The notes: generated by a model not told the origin, from the sequence alone. Shown: positions 38,962-48,633, counted from the first letter of the stretch. The stretch: 64,000 nucleotides of DNA from a virus (IMGVR_UViG_3300014204_000004:1-64000); one strand, 5' to 3'. Made by a program: numbers and translations.

Positions 38962-39852
38962 TTACCCTCCGATTATTTTAAACGCAGAGTGCATACGTTG
39001 GTGTATCTCTATCCCGTCTCGCATCAAAACTCGAGCCACGTTGCGCTCTGTGTATCGAGCCTGTACTATCTCTGGTGGTGGTATGTCGTTTGATATTGGT
39101 AAGCGTATTAGCTTGATGTACAAATCGAGGTCAGCTTTGTGCTTTGCATAGAACTCCTCATATGCTTTATCATCTCTGACAATCTTCTTTGCCTTAACCT
39201 CACCGAAGTTCTTGATGCCCGGTACAGCATTGTGTGTGCCTGCTATTGCTAACATCTTCACGTACTGAACAGTGGTCATACCGCCGTACTCTTCGAGAAA
39301 CTGTTCTCTGCCGTAATTGGTAATCTTGCCCAAGTGCTTGCGCCGTATATAAACGCGGCGATACTTTAGCAACTGCACAAGGTCGCTGTCTGTACTGGCA
39401 ATGACAATCTCTTCTGTGTTGTCTTTGTGGTGCTGAATTGCGGTAGCGATTAAGTCGTCAGCTTCGTACCCTTTAACAGAGTACACTGGAAGCTCAAGAC
39501 AGGCAAGAAGGTCGAAACATACCTGTCGATTGAACTTACCAATCGCCTGTCTCTCATCGTCTATCTCACGTCTTCGTTCCTTGTATGCACGAAACATCTT
39601 ACTCCGTATGTAAGGCTTCTCGTCGTTGCAAATGACAACGTGCGTGGGCACAACATCATTGATAGTTTCGCAGAACTGTTTGATAAAACCAAAAGCACCC
39701 ATGATAGGTACATCGGCTCGTGTTGACATGAGACCTGTATTGACAACGTTCATAGCCTTGTAAAACAGATTGTTGAAATCTACCAACAGTAGTCTCTTCA
39801 CGAGTTCCTCCAAAGTCAATTTGATGTTATAAAGTGTAATAGACTTTATCAT
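38962..39852 (-). CDS. 5'-3' exonuclease / RNase H (FEN-like; probable start GTG 39801)
   Basis: LLVDFNN, YKERR, EADDLIAT, STDSDL.QL and H3TH VPGIK..GEV.A motifs. Confidence 0.9.
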   Translation of the reverse strand: MIKSITLYNIKLTLEELVKRLLLVDFNNLFYKAMNVVNTGLMSTRADVPIMGAFGFIKQFCETINDVVPTHVVICNDEKPYIRSKMFRAYKERRREIDDERQAIGKFNRQVCFDLLACLELPVYSVKGYEADDLIATAIQHHKDNTEEIVIASTDSDLVQLLKYRRVYIRRKHLGKITNYGREQFLEEYGGMTTVQYVKMLAIAGTHNAVPGIKNFGEVKAKKIVRDDKAYEEFYAKHKADLDLYIKLIRLPISNDIPPPEIVQARYTERNVARVLMRDGIEIHQRMHSAFKIIGG

Positions 39853-39872
39853 AAAACGAGTAGTAATGTCAA
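39843..39872 (-). promoter_or_regulatory. Sigma70-type promoter (TATGATAAA family)
   Basis: TTGACA-N18-TAAAGT with extended -10 TG. Confidence 0.65.
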
Positions 39873-39910
39873 AATTATTTTTAAGTGTTAATTTTTCGAG
39901 AACTTACGTG

Positions 39911-40477
39911 TCAAATTAGGTCTTCGTCATCGAGGCACATCTTGTTAGATTCAAGTACCAGATTAATTGCACCACCTTCGATGTAACCAGGGAACGCTTT
40001 ATCAAAGTAACCAGGGAACGACTCGTGCATTGCTAAGACTGTTCGCAAGGTAACTGGTACGTTATTCAAATACGAGATGTTGGTAATCATGAGGTCGGAA
40101 TAAATGACGTACAAACGACCACGTTGTGTCAAGGTAGGTCTTCTGTTATTCATGGCTCTGAAAAGCCACCTGTCTAAGAAACGAGGAACAGATTCTAGCA
40201 AAGAGAATACGTACTTGTTACGTGTACCCCTACTGTACACGTGTAAGGTAGAAGGTAGTTCTTGGTTAAGATGAAGTAAGAACTGAGAACACAAAGCACG
40301 ATAAAACAATTCCATTGTAGGTAGTATGCTACTGTTCTCTCTCTTCCCCTCCAAAGTTAGTTCTATCTTTGCCTTTTCTGCTTTTAGTTCTTTTACTGTC
40401 ATTTCAGAATAGTCTTTTTTACCTATTTCTTTTAACTCTTTTGTGGTAATACTTCTCAACTCTTTTTTCTTACTCAT
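39911..40477 (-). CDS. Hypothetical protein next to the origin
   Basis: 188-aa ORF with RBS. Confidence 0.6.
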   Translation of the reverse strand: MSKKKELRSITTKELKEIGKKDYSEMTVKELKAEKAKIELTLEGKRENSSILPTMELFYRALCSQFLLHLNQELPSTLHVYSRGTRNKYVFSLLESVPRFLDRWLFRAMNNRRPTLTQRGRLYVIYSDLMITNISYLNNVPVTLRTVLAMHESFPGYFDKAFPGYIEGGAINLVLESNKMCLDDEDLI

Positions 40478-40539
40478 TTACCTAACCTCTCTTCTATTCT
40501 GATAATGCAAATTTTTCTGTGCCACACTCTGTTTTTGAT

Positions 40540-40615
40540 GCTGTGAAAAAAGTGTTTGAGGTTTCTTTTACTACTTTAAAACTATAACTACTTTAAAGAA
40601 TAACTTTAAAGGATT
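40540..40615. other. AT-rich unwinding element candidate with ACTTTAAA repeats
   Basis: Three ACTTTAAA copies in an AT-rich stretch next to the iterons. Confidence 0.55.
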
Positions 40616-40652
40616 GGGAAGTCTTGATACTCTAAGCTTCCCAGTCGATTTT

Positions 40653-40717
40653 GTGTACCGAGACACAATAGTTTTGTGTACCGAGACACAATAGTGGGTG
40701 TACCGAGACACAATAGT
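40653..40717. repeat. Iterons (replication origin): three copies of GTGTACCGAGACACAATAGT
   Basis: Perfect 20-bp direct repeats at 40653, 40676 and 40698 (23/22-bp spacing), immediately downstream of the rep gene. Confidence 0.85.
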
Positions 40718-40757
40718 TTATTATCACTTGTATTATCATAACCACCAGAGGTACAGT

Positions 40758-41516
40758 CTACTCTTTCTTCTTGAAAGTCACCACGTCATTCTCGTCTATC
40801 TTGTAACCAAAATGCTCGAAGCCTGCAATCTCTCTTATCTCTTTCTGTGCCGCGTCGAGCGACCTGATTGCATCTCGCCTCTTGTCATACGTGATAGCGA
40901 GTTTGCCCTGCAGTTTATCTAACCCTATGAACCATGAGTTACTGCCTATTATCTTGCAGGCAATCTCAAACAGTCTGAGTGCTACGGGATTGGTGAACTT
41001 CATGATGGTGGCTATAGGGATATTTCTGGTGAACTGCATTTCGTGTAAATCTAAGAAAGCCTGCTCGACAGTCACGCATATCTTGTCGCGTGAGAGAAGG
41101 AGGTCGCCCACTATGGCGAGACTTCGTACAGATTTAGACTTACTACTCGTCTCATAGAAAGATTCGTCTGTAAATTCGAGCCTCGTGTTTGCAAGGCGCT
41201 TAAGGGACCTGTCTACACGGCGGTAACTATCTATGCACATAGTGAGTCCCATTGATTGTACCAGTTCATACACAGATTTAAACTCAATCACATTTGTGCC
41301 ACGCTTCTGTGCCTCGTACATCAAGAGGTACAGCATCTTCTTGTCGAAGATAGTAGGCAGACCATACTTTACAGTCGTTAGCGTGAACCCATTGTCATCT
41401 GTGTAGTGGTCCAGCTTCGCTTTCTTTGATGAGGCAACGAACAGAGGTCGGTCTAACAGATTTATGTTGTGCCTCACCTTCTTTACTACATCGTGTTTCT
41501 TGATTCGTCTTTTCAT
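40758..41516 (-). CDS. Plasmid-type replication initiator (RepA/RPA winged-helix family)
   Basis: NLL..PLF, GLPT.FD...L..L, S.YEL...G......Y.R...SL.RL..T.L and ALRLFE motifs; adjacent iterons. Confidence 0.75.
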   Translation of the reverse strand: MKRRIKKHDVVKKVRHNINLLDRPLFVASSKKAKLDHYTDDNGFTLTTVKYGLPTIFDKKMLYLLMYEAQKRGTNVIEFKSVYELVQSMGLTMCIDSYRRVDRSLKRLANTRLEFTDESFYETSSKSKSVRSLAIVGDLLLSRDKICVTVEQAFLDLHEMQFTRNIPIATIMKFTNPVALRLFEIACKIIGSNSWFIGLDKLQGKLAITYDKRRDAIRSLDAAQKEIREIAGFEHFGYKIDENDVVTFKKKE

Positions 41517-41965
41517 AACAGTCTACCTCCAGACCGCAGTGCTTCTCGTATGTTCATAATCATGATGCCCAGTCTGTTCTGACCTACACTGGTCATCAAG
41601 TCTACACCCCAGAACGTATCGTGCCACGTATTGCCTTCAACTATGCCTTCGTTATCTGTGGCAAGCAACAGTTCTTTGAAGTAGTCCTGATTAAACTTTT
41701 GGTTCAGTAGCTTACGCATCACACGAACCTTAATCACATCCCAGCGTGGTGTAAGAACAACGTGTTTGCTGAATGTCTTGCATACCGCAGGTGACTTGTT
41801 CGCACAGAACTCCTTCCACTTGAGGTCGGGGTTCTTGGCAGACTGATATGCGTTCTCTACTGTCTGATACTTCATGCCATCAAGCTCAACTAAGCAAGGG
41901 TAGAAATTGCTCAGCCATTTATAGTCGTCTACGAATTGATTTATCATGACTACGCCTCGATGCAC
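41513..41965 (-). CDS. NADAR family protein
   Basis: LSNFY, TVENAYQ..K, W...K..VM...L..KF, LL.T....IVE....D.FWG and GQN.LG motifs. Confidence 0.92.
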   Translation of the reverse strand: MHRGVVMINQFVDDYKWLSNFYPCLVELDGMKYQTVENAYQSAKNPDLKWKEFCANKSPAVCKTFSKHVVLTPRWDVIKVRVMRKLLNQKFNQDYFKELLLATDNEGIVEGNTWHDTFWGVDLMTSVGQNRLGIMIMNIREALRSGGRLL

Positions 41966-42258
41966 ACTGCCTCGTCAATGTCGAGGTAGTAGAAGGGATG
42001 GTCTGCGTTGAAGTAGTGTACGTTCTTTAAGGTCTGCAGGGTCACGCCCAGTACCATACCACCTTCTTCTGAGTTAGACTCATACATCATGACAGGCAGG
42101 TTCTCATCATATGTCTTCAGCTTCTCGATAAGTTCTTTCACTGTTATTGGTTTCGCCATTTTCTCGGAACACTTAACGCGCCTTTCTTTTGGAAGTCTGT
42201 CTTCTTCTCGCATGCCTTCTTCTTCTTCGGTTGTGGTGGTGTTCTCTTCTTCGTTCAT
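41950..42258 (-). CDS. Hypothetical protein
   Basis: TVKELIEKLK.YD..LPV motif common in small phage proteins; RBS before MNEEE. Confidence 0.55.
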   Translation of the reverse strand: MNEEENTTTTEEEEGMREEDRLPKERRVKCSEKMAKPITVKELIEKLKTYDENLPVMMYESNSEEGGMVLGVTLQTLKNVHYFNADHPFYYLDIDEAVCIEA

Positions 42259-42284
42259 GTTATTCCTCCCGTGTGTGCAAACTA

Positions 42285-42312
42285 AAGGGCTACCTGTTTC
42301 CAGATAGCCCTT
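42285..42312 (-). terminator. Hairpin terminator
   Basis: AAGGGCTATCTG-GAAA-CAGGTAGCCCTT followed by TAGTTT. Confidence 0.55.
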
Positions 42313-42347
42313 CACCTCTGACTCTACCCCTATACCCCCGTATAGTT

Positions 42348-42569
42348 CTACTTTAACTGCTTGAGCAAATCGTTGAAGCCTTCGCTCTTTAAGGCATACT
42401 CAAGTGCAAATCTCATAAGCTCGGCACGTGACATGTTATGCTTCTCTGCTGTCTTGTCAAGAATTGCGATTGTATCTTCTTCCAAAGGCACAGAAAGGTT
42501 CTGTTTTCTCTTACGTCTTTGAAAGTTATACTTCGACAAATCCTCTTTGTGTCTCTTCGTAGTGGGCAT
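42348..42569 (-). CDS. Ribbon-helix-helix (CopG-like) regulator
   Basis: LSVPLEE.....LD..A....MSRAELMR.AL. Confidence 0.8.
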   Translation of the reverse strand: MPTTKRHKEDLSKYNFQRRKRKQNLSVPLEEDTIAILDKTAEKHNMSRAELMRFALEYALKSEGFNDLLKQLK

Positions 42570-42604
42570 CGTAATGAACCTCCTTAATGCAATGTTTACT
42601 ATAT

Positions 42605-42633
42605 ACTGTAACAGTTTTCGTATTATATGTCAA
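42605..42633 (-). promoter_or_regulatory. Sigma70-type promoter for the RHH gene
   Basis: TTGACA-N17-TACAGT with extended -10 TG. Confidence 0.55.
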
Positions 42634-42986
42634 GTCATCGTGTTCGGGACGTTGGTAATCTTTTCCCCATGATAGTAAATCTCTCGTGGGTACACCTTCT
42701 TTCTTACTATTCTTATGTCCCATAGTGCCAACAACTTATCTTCTACCTTCATGAAGTTCGCGTTATGTTCTACACCTACCATGCAGTGTGTCAATTCATG
42801 TACTGCATAGTATATACGAAAAGACACATCGTAGCGGCTTATCCAGGCAGGTAGCTCTATCTTCTTCTCTAAGAACCAACCTCTGCCAGAACTGAGTAGC
42901 TCGTTTACTACCACGCTGACCGGTTTCTTGTAGTTGACCCAACGTCTAGTCGAGTTGACTACATGCTGATAGCCTTTCTGGTGCAT
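42630..42986 (-). CDS. Zincin metallopeptidase-like protein (YgjP/SprT-like)
   Basis: YYAVHELTH...H...F. Confidence 0.7.
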   Translation of the reverse strand: MHQKGYQHVVNSTRRWVNYKKPVSVVVNELLSSGRGWFLEKKIELPAWISRYDVSFRIYYAVHELTHCMVGVEHNANFMKVEDKLLALWDIRIVRKKVYPREIYYHGEKITNVPNTMT

Positions 42987-42996
42987 TAGTTCTCCT

Positions 42997-43185
42997 TTAC
43001 ATGAGGTCTGTGACAGTGCTCAGTATCAGACAAGTGGTACACAGACCCTCGCCTTCGCTGACAAGTGCACCACATCTTGGGCACACCACATCTTCACAGA
43101 CCTCTGCCTCTTCATTAATACTCTCGTCATCAAGAAGGCTTGATTTCATCTTGTCTGGGTATGTGTAGTCCCGTGACATTTTCAA
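42997..43185 (-). CDS. Small zinc-ribbon protein
   Basis: CPRCG...LCTTC. Confidence 0.5.
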   Translation of the reverse strand: MKMSRDYTYPDKMKSSLLDDESINEEAEVCEDVVCPRCGALVSEGEGLCTTCLILSTVTDLM

Positions 43186-43477
43186 ACTCCTTCTCTTCTC
43201 TGTCCTTGATATATGTCTGTATTATGCCGTGCAATGTGTTTGCCAATTCGTGCATCGTCTTGAACTGTGCCTGCAGAGTAATGTATCTCAGTATCAACTC
43301 CAGGTGTTTCAAGAAGTTGAAGAGGCACAGCGCATAAACAAGCGGTATTAAAATATAATGTGTCCCAGGTACAAACTTCATGACACAGTATACGGTGGCT
43401 GAACAGGTTATAAGTGCTATTAGCCCTTTGAATAGAGCGTTGTCCAAGAAAGCATCTAACATAATAATAAATCTCAT
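43130..43477 (-). CDS. Two-TM membrane protein
   Basis: Two hydrophobic helices. Confidence 0.55.
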   Translation of the reverse strand: MRFIIMLDAFLDNALFKGLIALITCSATVYCVMKFVPGTHYILIPLVYALCLFNFLKHLELILRYITLQAQFKTMHELANTLHGIIQTYIKDREEKEFENVTGLHIPRQDEIKPS

Positions 43478-43491
43478 TGCGGTCTCCCCTC

Positions 43492-43914
43492 TTAGTCTAT
43501 ACCCATCAGCCCGTTTTTTCTATCGTACAGAATGGACCAAGTGGTTATACCTGATTTGATGTATACTACCAGACCTGAAATACCAACTACTGTGCCTTCT
43601 TCGATAACCCAACGCGGGCCAGAACGCGTCTTGAACTTAACAACGTCGCCTTCTTTGACCTTAACTCGCGGGTCAATCCTTGCTACCACGTGTGCCTTGC
43701 CGATTACTTGCTTTGCTCCCGCCTCTTCTTGCGTTCGATAATTCTCTTGTGTCTGGTGGTGTCTGCGGTGACGAGGTACTGCACCTCCCTTCGGTACATC
43801 AAAGAGAGGCGCGTCGTTGATGTCAGTTACCTTACCGCGAGTGACAATCTTAGCCTTAGATGATTCGACTGAAGAAGCCGCTCGATTCTTTCTGCGATGC
43901 CTTTCTATGGACAT
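43492..43914 (-). CDS. Hypothetical basic protein
   Basis: MSIERHRRK start; AGGAG RBS. Confidence 0.6.
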   Translation of the reverse strand: MSIERHRRKNRAASSVESSKAKIVTRGKVTDINDAPLFDVPKGGAVPRHRRHHQTQENYRTQEEAGAKQVIGKAHVVARIDPRVKVKEGDVVKFKTRSGPRWVIEEGTVVGISGLVVYIKSGITTWSILYDRKNGLMGID

Positions 43915-44092
43915 AAATTGCTCCTAATAAAGGTTTTACTGTAGGCTTCAACTCGCCTATCCAGTTAGTGAGGTGCTGTGTCGTGACAGACGCACATACC
44001 GGACACGCATCATGCTGAAGTGCATCGTACACGTTTTCGCAATTCAAACAAACCATCGCACTGCCTACCGGTATGAAAGCTGTCATTGACAT
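43856..44092 (-). CDS. Small zinc-ribbon protein
   Basis: CLNCE...CPVC. Confidence 0.5.
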   Translation of the reverse strand: MSMTAFIPVGSAMVCLNCENVYDALQHDACPVCASVTTQHLTNWIGELKPTVKPLLGAIYVHRKASQKESSGFFSRII

Positions 44093-44610
44093 TAGTTACC
44101 TCCATTTCTCTTGATTGCCCTTTTGATATCTTTGTCGAGGGCTTTCTTGTGTGCATCTCTTACTTTACGAGATTGTGCTGTCTTGGCCCAGTTACGCAGT
44201 TTCTTCATGCGTTCCTGCCATTCGTCTTCGTCTATGTCGAGTTCTCGTGCCACCTCATTCATGGTCAAGAACAAGATGTTGAAATTGTCCTGCAACCTGC
44301 GTATGTCTCTGTGTTTACAACCATCACACATCTCTTGCGACATGGTGTTGGCAACCTTGAACTGCTCAAGGTCTACCTCAGGGAATCTAGTACCACGCTT
44401 GCGTATGCCAACGTCTGAGGTAACTTCGCGTCGTCTTCTGCGCGGTACTTCTGGTTCGTCATCAACATCTCTGACAGAGCCGTGTACGTTTATCTTCTGC
44501 ACACGAGCACTGCTAGAATCAGGAGTATTATCAGGTCCATGACGCCTCCTTCTTTGTGGCACCTCTTCTACTTCTTCATTGCGTCTACGTCGTTCAACCA
44601 TGTTCTCCAC
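44092..44610 (-). CDS. Arg-rich hypothetical protein
   Basis: Three RRRR blocks; GGAGG RBS. Confidence 0.6.
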   Translation of the reverse strand: MENMVERRRRNEEVEEVPQRRRRHGPDNTPDSSSARVQKINVHGSVRDVDDEPEVPRRRRREVTSDVGIRKRGTRFPEVDLEQFKVANTMSQEMCDGCKHRDIRRLQDNFNILFLTMNEVARELDIDEDEWQERMKKLRNWAKTAQSRKVRDAHKKALDKDIKRAIKRNGGN

Positions 44611-44631
44611 CCCTCCGATAGTGTGAGTTGT

Positions 44632-45087
44632 TTATACGATAAAAGGACTGTTCATGGCCCAGTAGATGTGCTTTTCGATAATGATGCCGCATATCACCTG
44701 TCTGACACGTTCGCTCGCCGTTGTTGTTTCTGTTGCGCCGTAGGTGGCTATGTTAACTTTGTGAAGATGACCGCGTGCCATAGCGTCTTTATGAATCAGA
44801 CGTGAGGCGGCGATGAACCGACCCTTTGCTTCGATGTACTTGTCTTTGGGCGACTTGAAAGAGAACGCCATGATTTTGGTGTTGTTAATCTTCTTGAAGG
44901 CTACGACAGCGCCGCCGTATTCTTTGCTGGTGTCGTCTTCGCTCTTGTAGATATGAAACCTGCGAAAGCGGATGTCAGGGTGCTGTTCAAGAATTGCATT
45001 TAAGGCTTCTTCATAATCAAACTTCTTGGGCATGACTTCCTCCTTATGATTGTAGTGTGCCGTTACCGTTCTCGTCGTCTTCGTCAT
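44632..45087 (-). CDS. Hypothetical phage protein (probable start MPKKF)
   Basis: GG..VA....AFS..SPKD.Y...KGR.IA..RL pattern; AAGGAGG RBS. Confidence 0.6.
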   Translation of the reverse strand: MTKTTRTVTAHYNHKEEVMPKKFDYEEALNAILEQHPDIRFRRFHIYKSEDDTSKEYGGAVVAFKKINNTKIMAFSFKSPKDKYIEAKGRFIAASRLIHKDAMARGHLHKVNIATYGATETTTASERVRQVICGIIIEKHIYWAMNSPFIV

Positions 45088-45604
45088 TCGTTGGTAGAAT
45101 GATTGCTGACGGTCTGGCAGATATCTGCCTCGTCTGTGCTTCTGTCTGTATTGCTACGTTGTCCTCTCTGAGCGCAGGGTCGTTAACCTTAGCATAGCAT
45201 ACGACCTGCTTGTTTGAGAACTGGCTGAACATCTGAGCGACACGGCTGAAGCCAAGCTCACTCAGAGTCCTCTGCAAACGTTCGTGTTCGAGCCACGCGC
45301 CTGTCACGATGACCGGTGTATTGATGAGGTTCAGAACATGCTGGTACAACTGCTTCACGATGAACTTGCCTTTGTACTCAGGCTCGACATGAGCGTGAAA
45401 TATCTCGGTCGTGTACACTGAGTGCATGAATACGCAGATGCGACCAACGATGCGTTCTGCTACTTCAGGAGGCGCATCTGGTGTGACCACTATCTTGGCA
45501 ACGAACATCATGCCACCCGCAAAGCACTGATGACGAAGCGCATCATTCGTCATGAAATCGCCGTGAATCTCAGGGTTGTAAGGCTCGATGGTTACTGGTT
45601 GCAT
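45044..45604 (-). CDS. GNAT-like acetyltransferase
   Basis: IVG...EI....V.PEYKGK.I.KQL...LGF. Confidence 0.6.
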   Translation of the reverse strand: MQPVTIEPYNPEIHGDFMTNDALRHQCFAGGMMFVAKIVVTPDAPPEVAERIVGRICVFMHSVYTTEIFHAHVEPEYKGKFIVKQLYQHVLNLINTPVIVTGAWLEHERLQRTLSELGFSRVAQMFSQFSNKQVVCYAKVNDPALREDNVAIQTEAQTRQISARPSAIILPTNDEDDENGNGTLQS

Positions 45605-45627
45605 ACTTCCTCCTTATATGTTTTGGT

Positions 45628-46377
45628 TTATGATATCAAACGACCGTAGTCTTCGTCTTGGAACTCGTAGTTGTCGTCATCGTCACTGTCGTCTTCTGCA
45701 CGAGCAGAGGGATTGTACCTCACTGACAGTGGACCACCGCTTGATATACTTCCCTTCTTGCCTTTGCCACCACCACCTGATGATGTATGTACACCGCCCT
45801 TATCTCTGTATGCTCTCTTGTAAGACAGGTTGCTGTACAAGATGCCGTTGTCGTTGGTGAAGTCACCTGTGATATCGATGATATCGTTGGTCATGAACAC
45901 GAACTTGCCAGCGTTGAGCATGGGCAGTACGTTCTTGCCCAGATGTGCTGTCATTATAGCCATGAACCTCGTGTCACTGAAGTCACCATCAGGTATGACC
46001 AACTTGTTGTTCATGAAGAAGTCGAGCATCATACCCTTCCAGTTCGACAGCACGCCGTTGTGAAAGAGAAGAGGCAACTGACCCTGATACTCGGTGATGT
46101 TCGGGCTATCATAGTCAACGATGTAAGGGTGCGTAAGCTCAGGACACACCCTGCTCGTGGCATTTCTGAAATGCACAACGTGAGGTAATATCTTACGCAT
46201 GCCCTTCTCTTTGTATGCGGCGATTATATCGTTTGCTGTCATGTAGCCCTTGCTGTAATTGATGAAGCCATCGGCGGTGGACCAAGCAAAGCCTGCACCG
46301 TCATCGTTCATATCGAAGGCATCTCTTATTTCCTGGTTTGTCATGCCTCTTGTTTGACATACTGCTATTACACACAT
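45628..46377 (-). CDS. Class II (Ntn) glutamine amidotransferase
   Basis: N-terminal MC, N.DGAG, HFR.AT, HP, FHNG and SDT motifs. Confidence 0.88.
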   Translation of the reverse strand: MCVIAVCQTRGMTNQEIRDAFDMNDDGAGFAWSTADGFINYSKGYMTANDIIAAYKEKGMRKILPHVVHFRNATSRVCPELTHPYIVDYDSPNITEYQGQLPLLFHNGVLSNWKGMMLDFFMNNKLVIPDGDFSDTRFMAIMTAHLGKNVLPMLNAGKFVFMTNDIIDITGDFTNDNGILYSNLSYKRAYRDKGGVHTSSGGGGKGKKGSISSGGPLSVRYNPSARAEDDSDDDDNYEFQDEDYGRLIS

Positions 46378-46379
46378 AA

Positions 46380-48482
46380 CTATACCTCCTCGTTTTGTGT
46401 TACTACTGGTTCGCTTATTGCCGTGTTATGAATAAGCAGTTGCTCTAACGTGTCTACGATTAACGGTATCAAGTTACGAGCAACGCTTACGTCCTGTCTG
46501 AATATGTTAGGCATGCCCACGTTCAGTGATATTGAGTTGACGTTCTGGTGCGTCACAACTTCATGCGTTGATTGGTCTCTGAACACTACGACAGTAGGTG
46601 CCGCACCTAAGGGCGGTGCGCCTTCTGCCACTGCTTCGGCATCGTTGATGCGATGAATGTCTGTCATGTACTCTCTCAATGCTACAGGTGCAGGTACAGG
46701 AAGATTCGATACGAACCCTCTCGCTCTTCTGTAACCAAAGAGTACGAGGTTCACATGCTTGAGCAATCTTTCCGGTATTATTCTCTCACGCAGAGCACTT
46801 GTTAGACTGTTTCTCACGCGCAGGTCCCATTCATCTCTGTACGTGAGATGCAAAGCTCTTACAGAGGGGCTATCTGGTACCTCCTCATCATAATCGTCGT
46901 CCTCATCGCACTCTACACCAGGCTGAGAATCTTCTGGCATTGCGTTTACTCTGCCAAGAGGATGTTGTGCTGATACTCTGCCTGTGTTTATGGTCGCGTT
47001 AGGGTCGGCAGTCAGCATAGGCTTATCTACTCCCCACTCGACAAGCATCCTGTCGTTACGTGCGCCCACTCTTACGAGCACGTTGTTTATGAAATTCAGG
47101 TACGTCTGCGCCTCTTCTGGTTCGAGACCTGCTGTATCAACAAGCTCTTTGAACCCAATTGGATACTTGTACGTGAACTCTTTTACTCCGTTAACGAATC
47201 TGTTGGTGATATTCTGTGCTATCTTGTACGCAAGCCTCGTTATCTCAGGTGTCATGAAGATTAAAGCAGGAGCACTGCGATACTCGAAGCCCCAACCCTT
47301 AGTCTCATAGGCACCGAGTGTCTTGTAACCTGAACGTGCCTTACCTGACAGATTGAGAGTAGGTGCGCCGATGAAATCGTCCAACATCTTAACCAGATGT
47401 TGAGGCGGTACATATGTTCTACCGACACCGATGTGTATGTGACCACCTAAAGGATAACTGTGGCCTGCTACACCTAAGTCATACGCGGGGTACATGCGAT
47501 AGAACCTTTCAAGCAGGTGCTTGAGAATATCGACAGCTTCTTCGGGTGTAGTTGCGGCACGAGGTCTAAGCTCGACCTGTGAACCAGCACCGTCTCTGCC
47601 TAACCCACCTTCAGGGTGCGACGTGGTTTTTATCTTGCTTGAAGCGTTAACCACCTCGTTGCTGTACCGACTTACAAGCTCGAACTCTGGGTCAGAGCCT
47701 AACTGAATCATAAGTCTGGGGCGTCTGCGCTTTCTGATAATGACTCTCTGAAGAGGCATGAGGTCGAGTCTGTCTACTAACGCATCATAGAGTATCTTGT
47801 CGATGAAGCGTATGCCATAAGCAGAGTGCGACCAGTCACCAACGATGAGTATGTTGTTGTTCGGTATGTACAGACCCATGAATATATTGCGCCCTCTTGC
47901 AGGTCTGTCGCTACTCTCGCCATAGCGCACTGATACACGCATGACAATCTTTACCGCCTCGAACACGGTAACAAAAGGGCTAATGCCGTTCTGCTCGTCT
48001 GTCAGTTCTTCGTTGATAATCATAGCCTCTAGTGCCGGCTTGGCTGAGGTGGCTCTGTGCGAATCGTTGTCGTAAGAGAACTCGCCTCTCTTGGGCTTCT
48101 CTGCTACCATATCGAAGAACTTTCCATACAGCAGATGTTTGTACGTTGCAAAGTGCGTGAGTCTTGGCATACGAACCGTGCGTATTATCTTGAAGCGTAC
48201 AGTGTCACGCAGGTTCTTTGGTTCGCAGAAAGCGTACACAGTATTGTTCCAGTTTTCGCTGAGATTGAGGTACGCGTGTGCTCTGCATTTGTTGAAGTAG
48301 TCCTTCATAATCTCGAACAGACGACCAACGTATTCTACGTTGTTGTGGTCCGGGAGTTGCAGGCTACCGTCAGCGTTTCTGTTAGGGTCTCTGACCCAAT
48401 CGGGCAACTGTGGTATGACTATACGAGTAGGTCTACTGTCTGATACTTCGTTTCCCATATGATTGATGGTCACGTCACTCAC
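46380..48482 (-). CDS. COOH-NH2 ligase (amidoligase, phiEco32-like type 2) domain protein
   Basis: LGSDPEF, G.DG...ELRP, GGHIH.G, YETK.WG.EYRS motifs; GTG start. Confidence 0.8.
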   Translation of the reverse strand: MSDVTINHMGNEVSDSRPTRIVIPQLPDWVRDPNRNADGSLQLPDHNNVEYVGRLFEIMKDYFNKCRAHAYLNLSENWNNTVYAFCEPKNLRDTVRFKIIRTVRMPRLTHFATYKHLLYGKFFDMVAEKPKRGEFSYDNDSHRATSAKPALEAMIINEELTDEQNGISPFVTVFEAVKIVMRVSVRYGESSDRPARGRNIFMGLYIPNNNILIVGDWSHSAYGIRFIDKILYDALVDRLDLMPLQRVIIRKRRRPRLMIQLGSDPEFELVSRYSNEVVNASSKIKTTSHPEGGLGRDGAGSQVELRPRAATTPEEAVDILKHLLERFYRMYPAYDLGVAGHSYPLGGHIHIGVGRTYVPPQHLVKMLDDFIGAPTLNLSGKARSGYKTLGAYETKGWGFEYRSAPALIFMTPEITRLAYKIAQNITNRFVNGVKEFTYKYPIGFKELVDTAGLEPEEAQTYLNFINNVLVRVGARNDRMLVEWGVDKPMLTADPNATINTGRVSAQHPLGRVNAMPEDSQPGVECDEDDDYDEEVPDSPSVRALHLTYRDEWDLRVRNSLTSALRERIIPERLLKHVNLVLFGYRRARGFVSNLPVPAPVALREYMTDIHRINDAEAVAEGAPPLGAAPTVVVFRDQSTHEVVTHQNVNSISLNVGMPNIFRQDVSVARNLIPLIVDTLEQLLIHNTAISEPVVTQNEEV

Positions 48483-48519
48483 TTTGTATCACCTCACTGT
48501 TTGTTTTTGATGATAATAA

Positions 48520-48549
48520 AGTTTATCATAAAGTTCGTATTAAAGTCAA
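48520..48549 (-). promoter_or_regulatory. Sigma70-type promoter (TATGATAAA family)
   Basis: TTGACT-N18-TAAACT with extended -10 TG. Confidence 0.65.
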
Positions 48550-48589
48550 TAACAAAAAACTCTAATAAATTCGATATGTTAATCGATAA

Positions 48590-48633
48590 GAGAGAAAAGA
48601 AAAGGGTGGTCAACTTAACGTCAACCACCCCTT
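48590..48633 (-). terminator. Rho-independent terminator
   Basis: GGGTGGT/ACCACCC stem followed by TTTTCTTTTC on the - strand. Confidence 0.65.

Noticed and set aside
40653-40717. Three 20-bp repeats as a mini-CRISPR
   Set aside because: The gaps are only 2-3 bp, and the position beside a Rep gene and AT-rich tract fits iterons.
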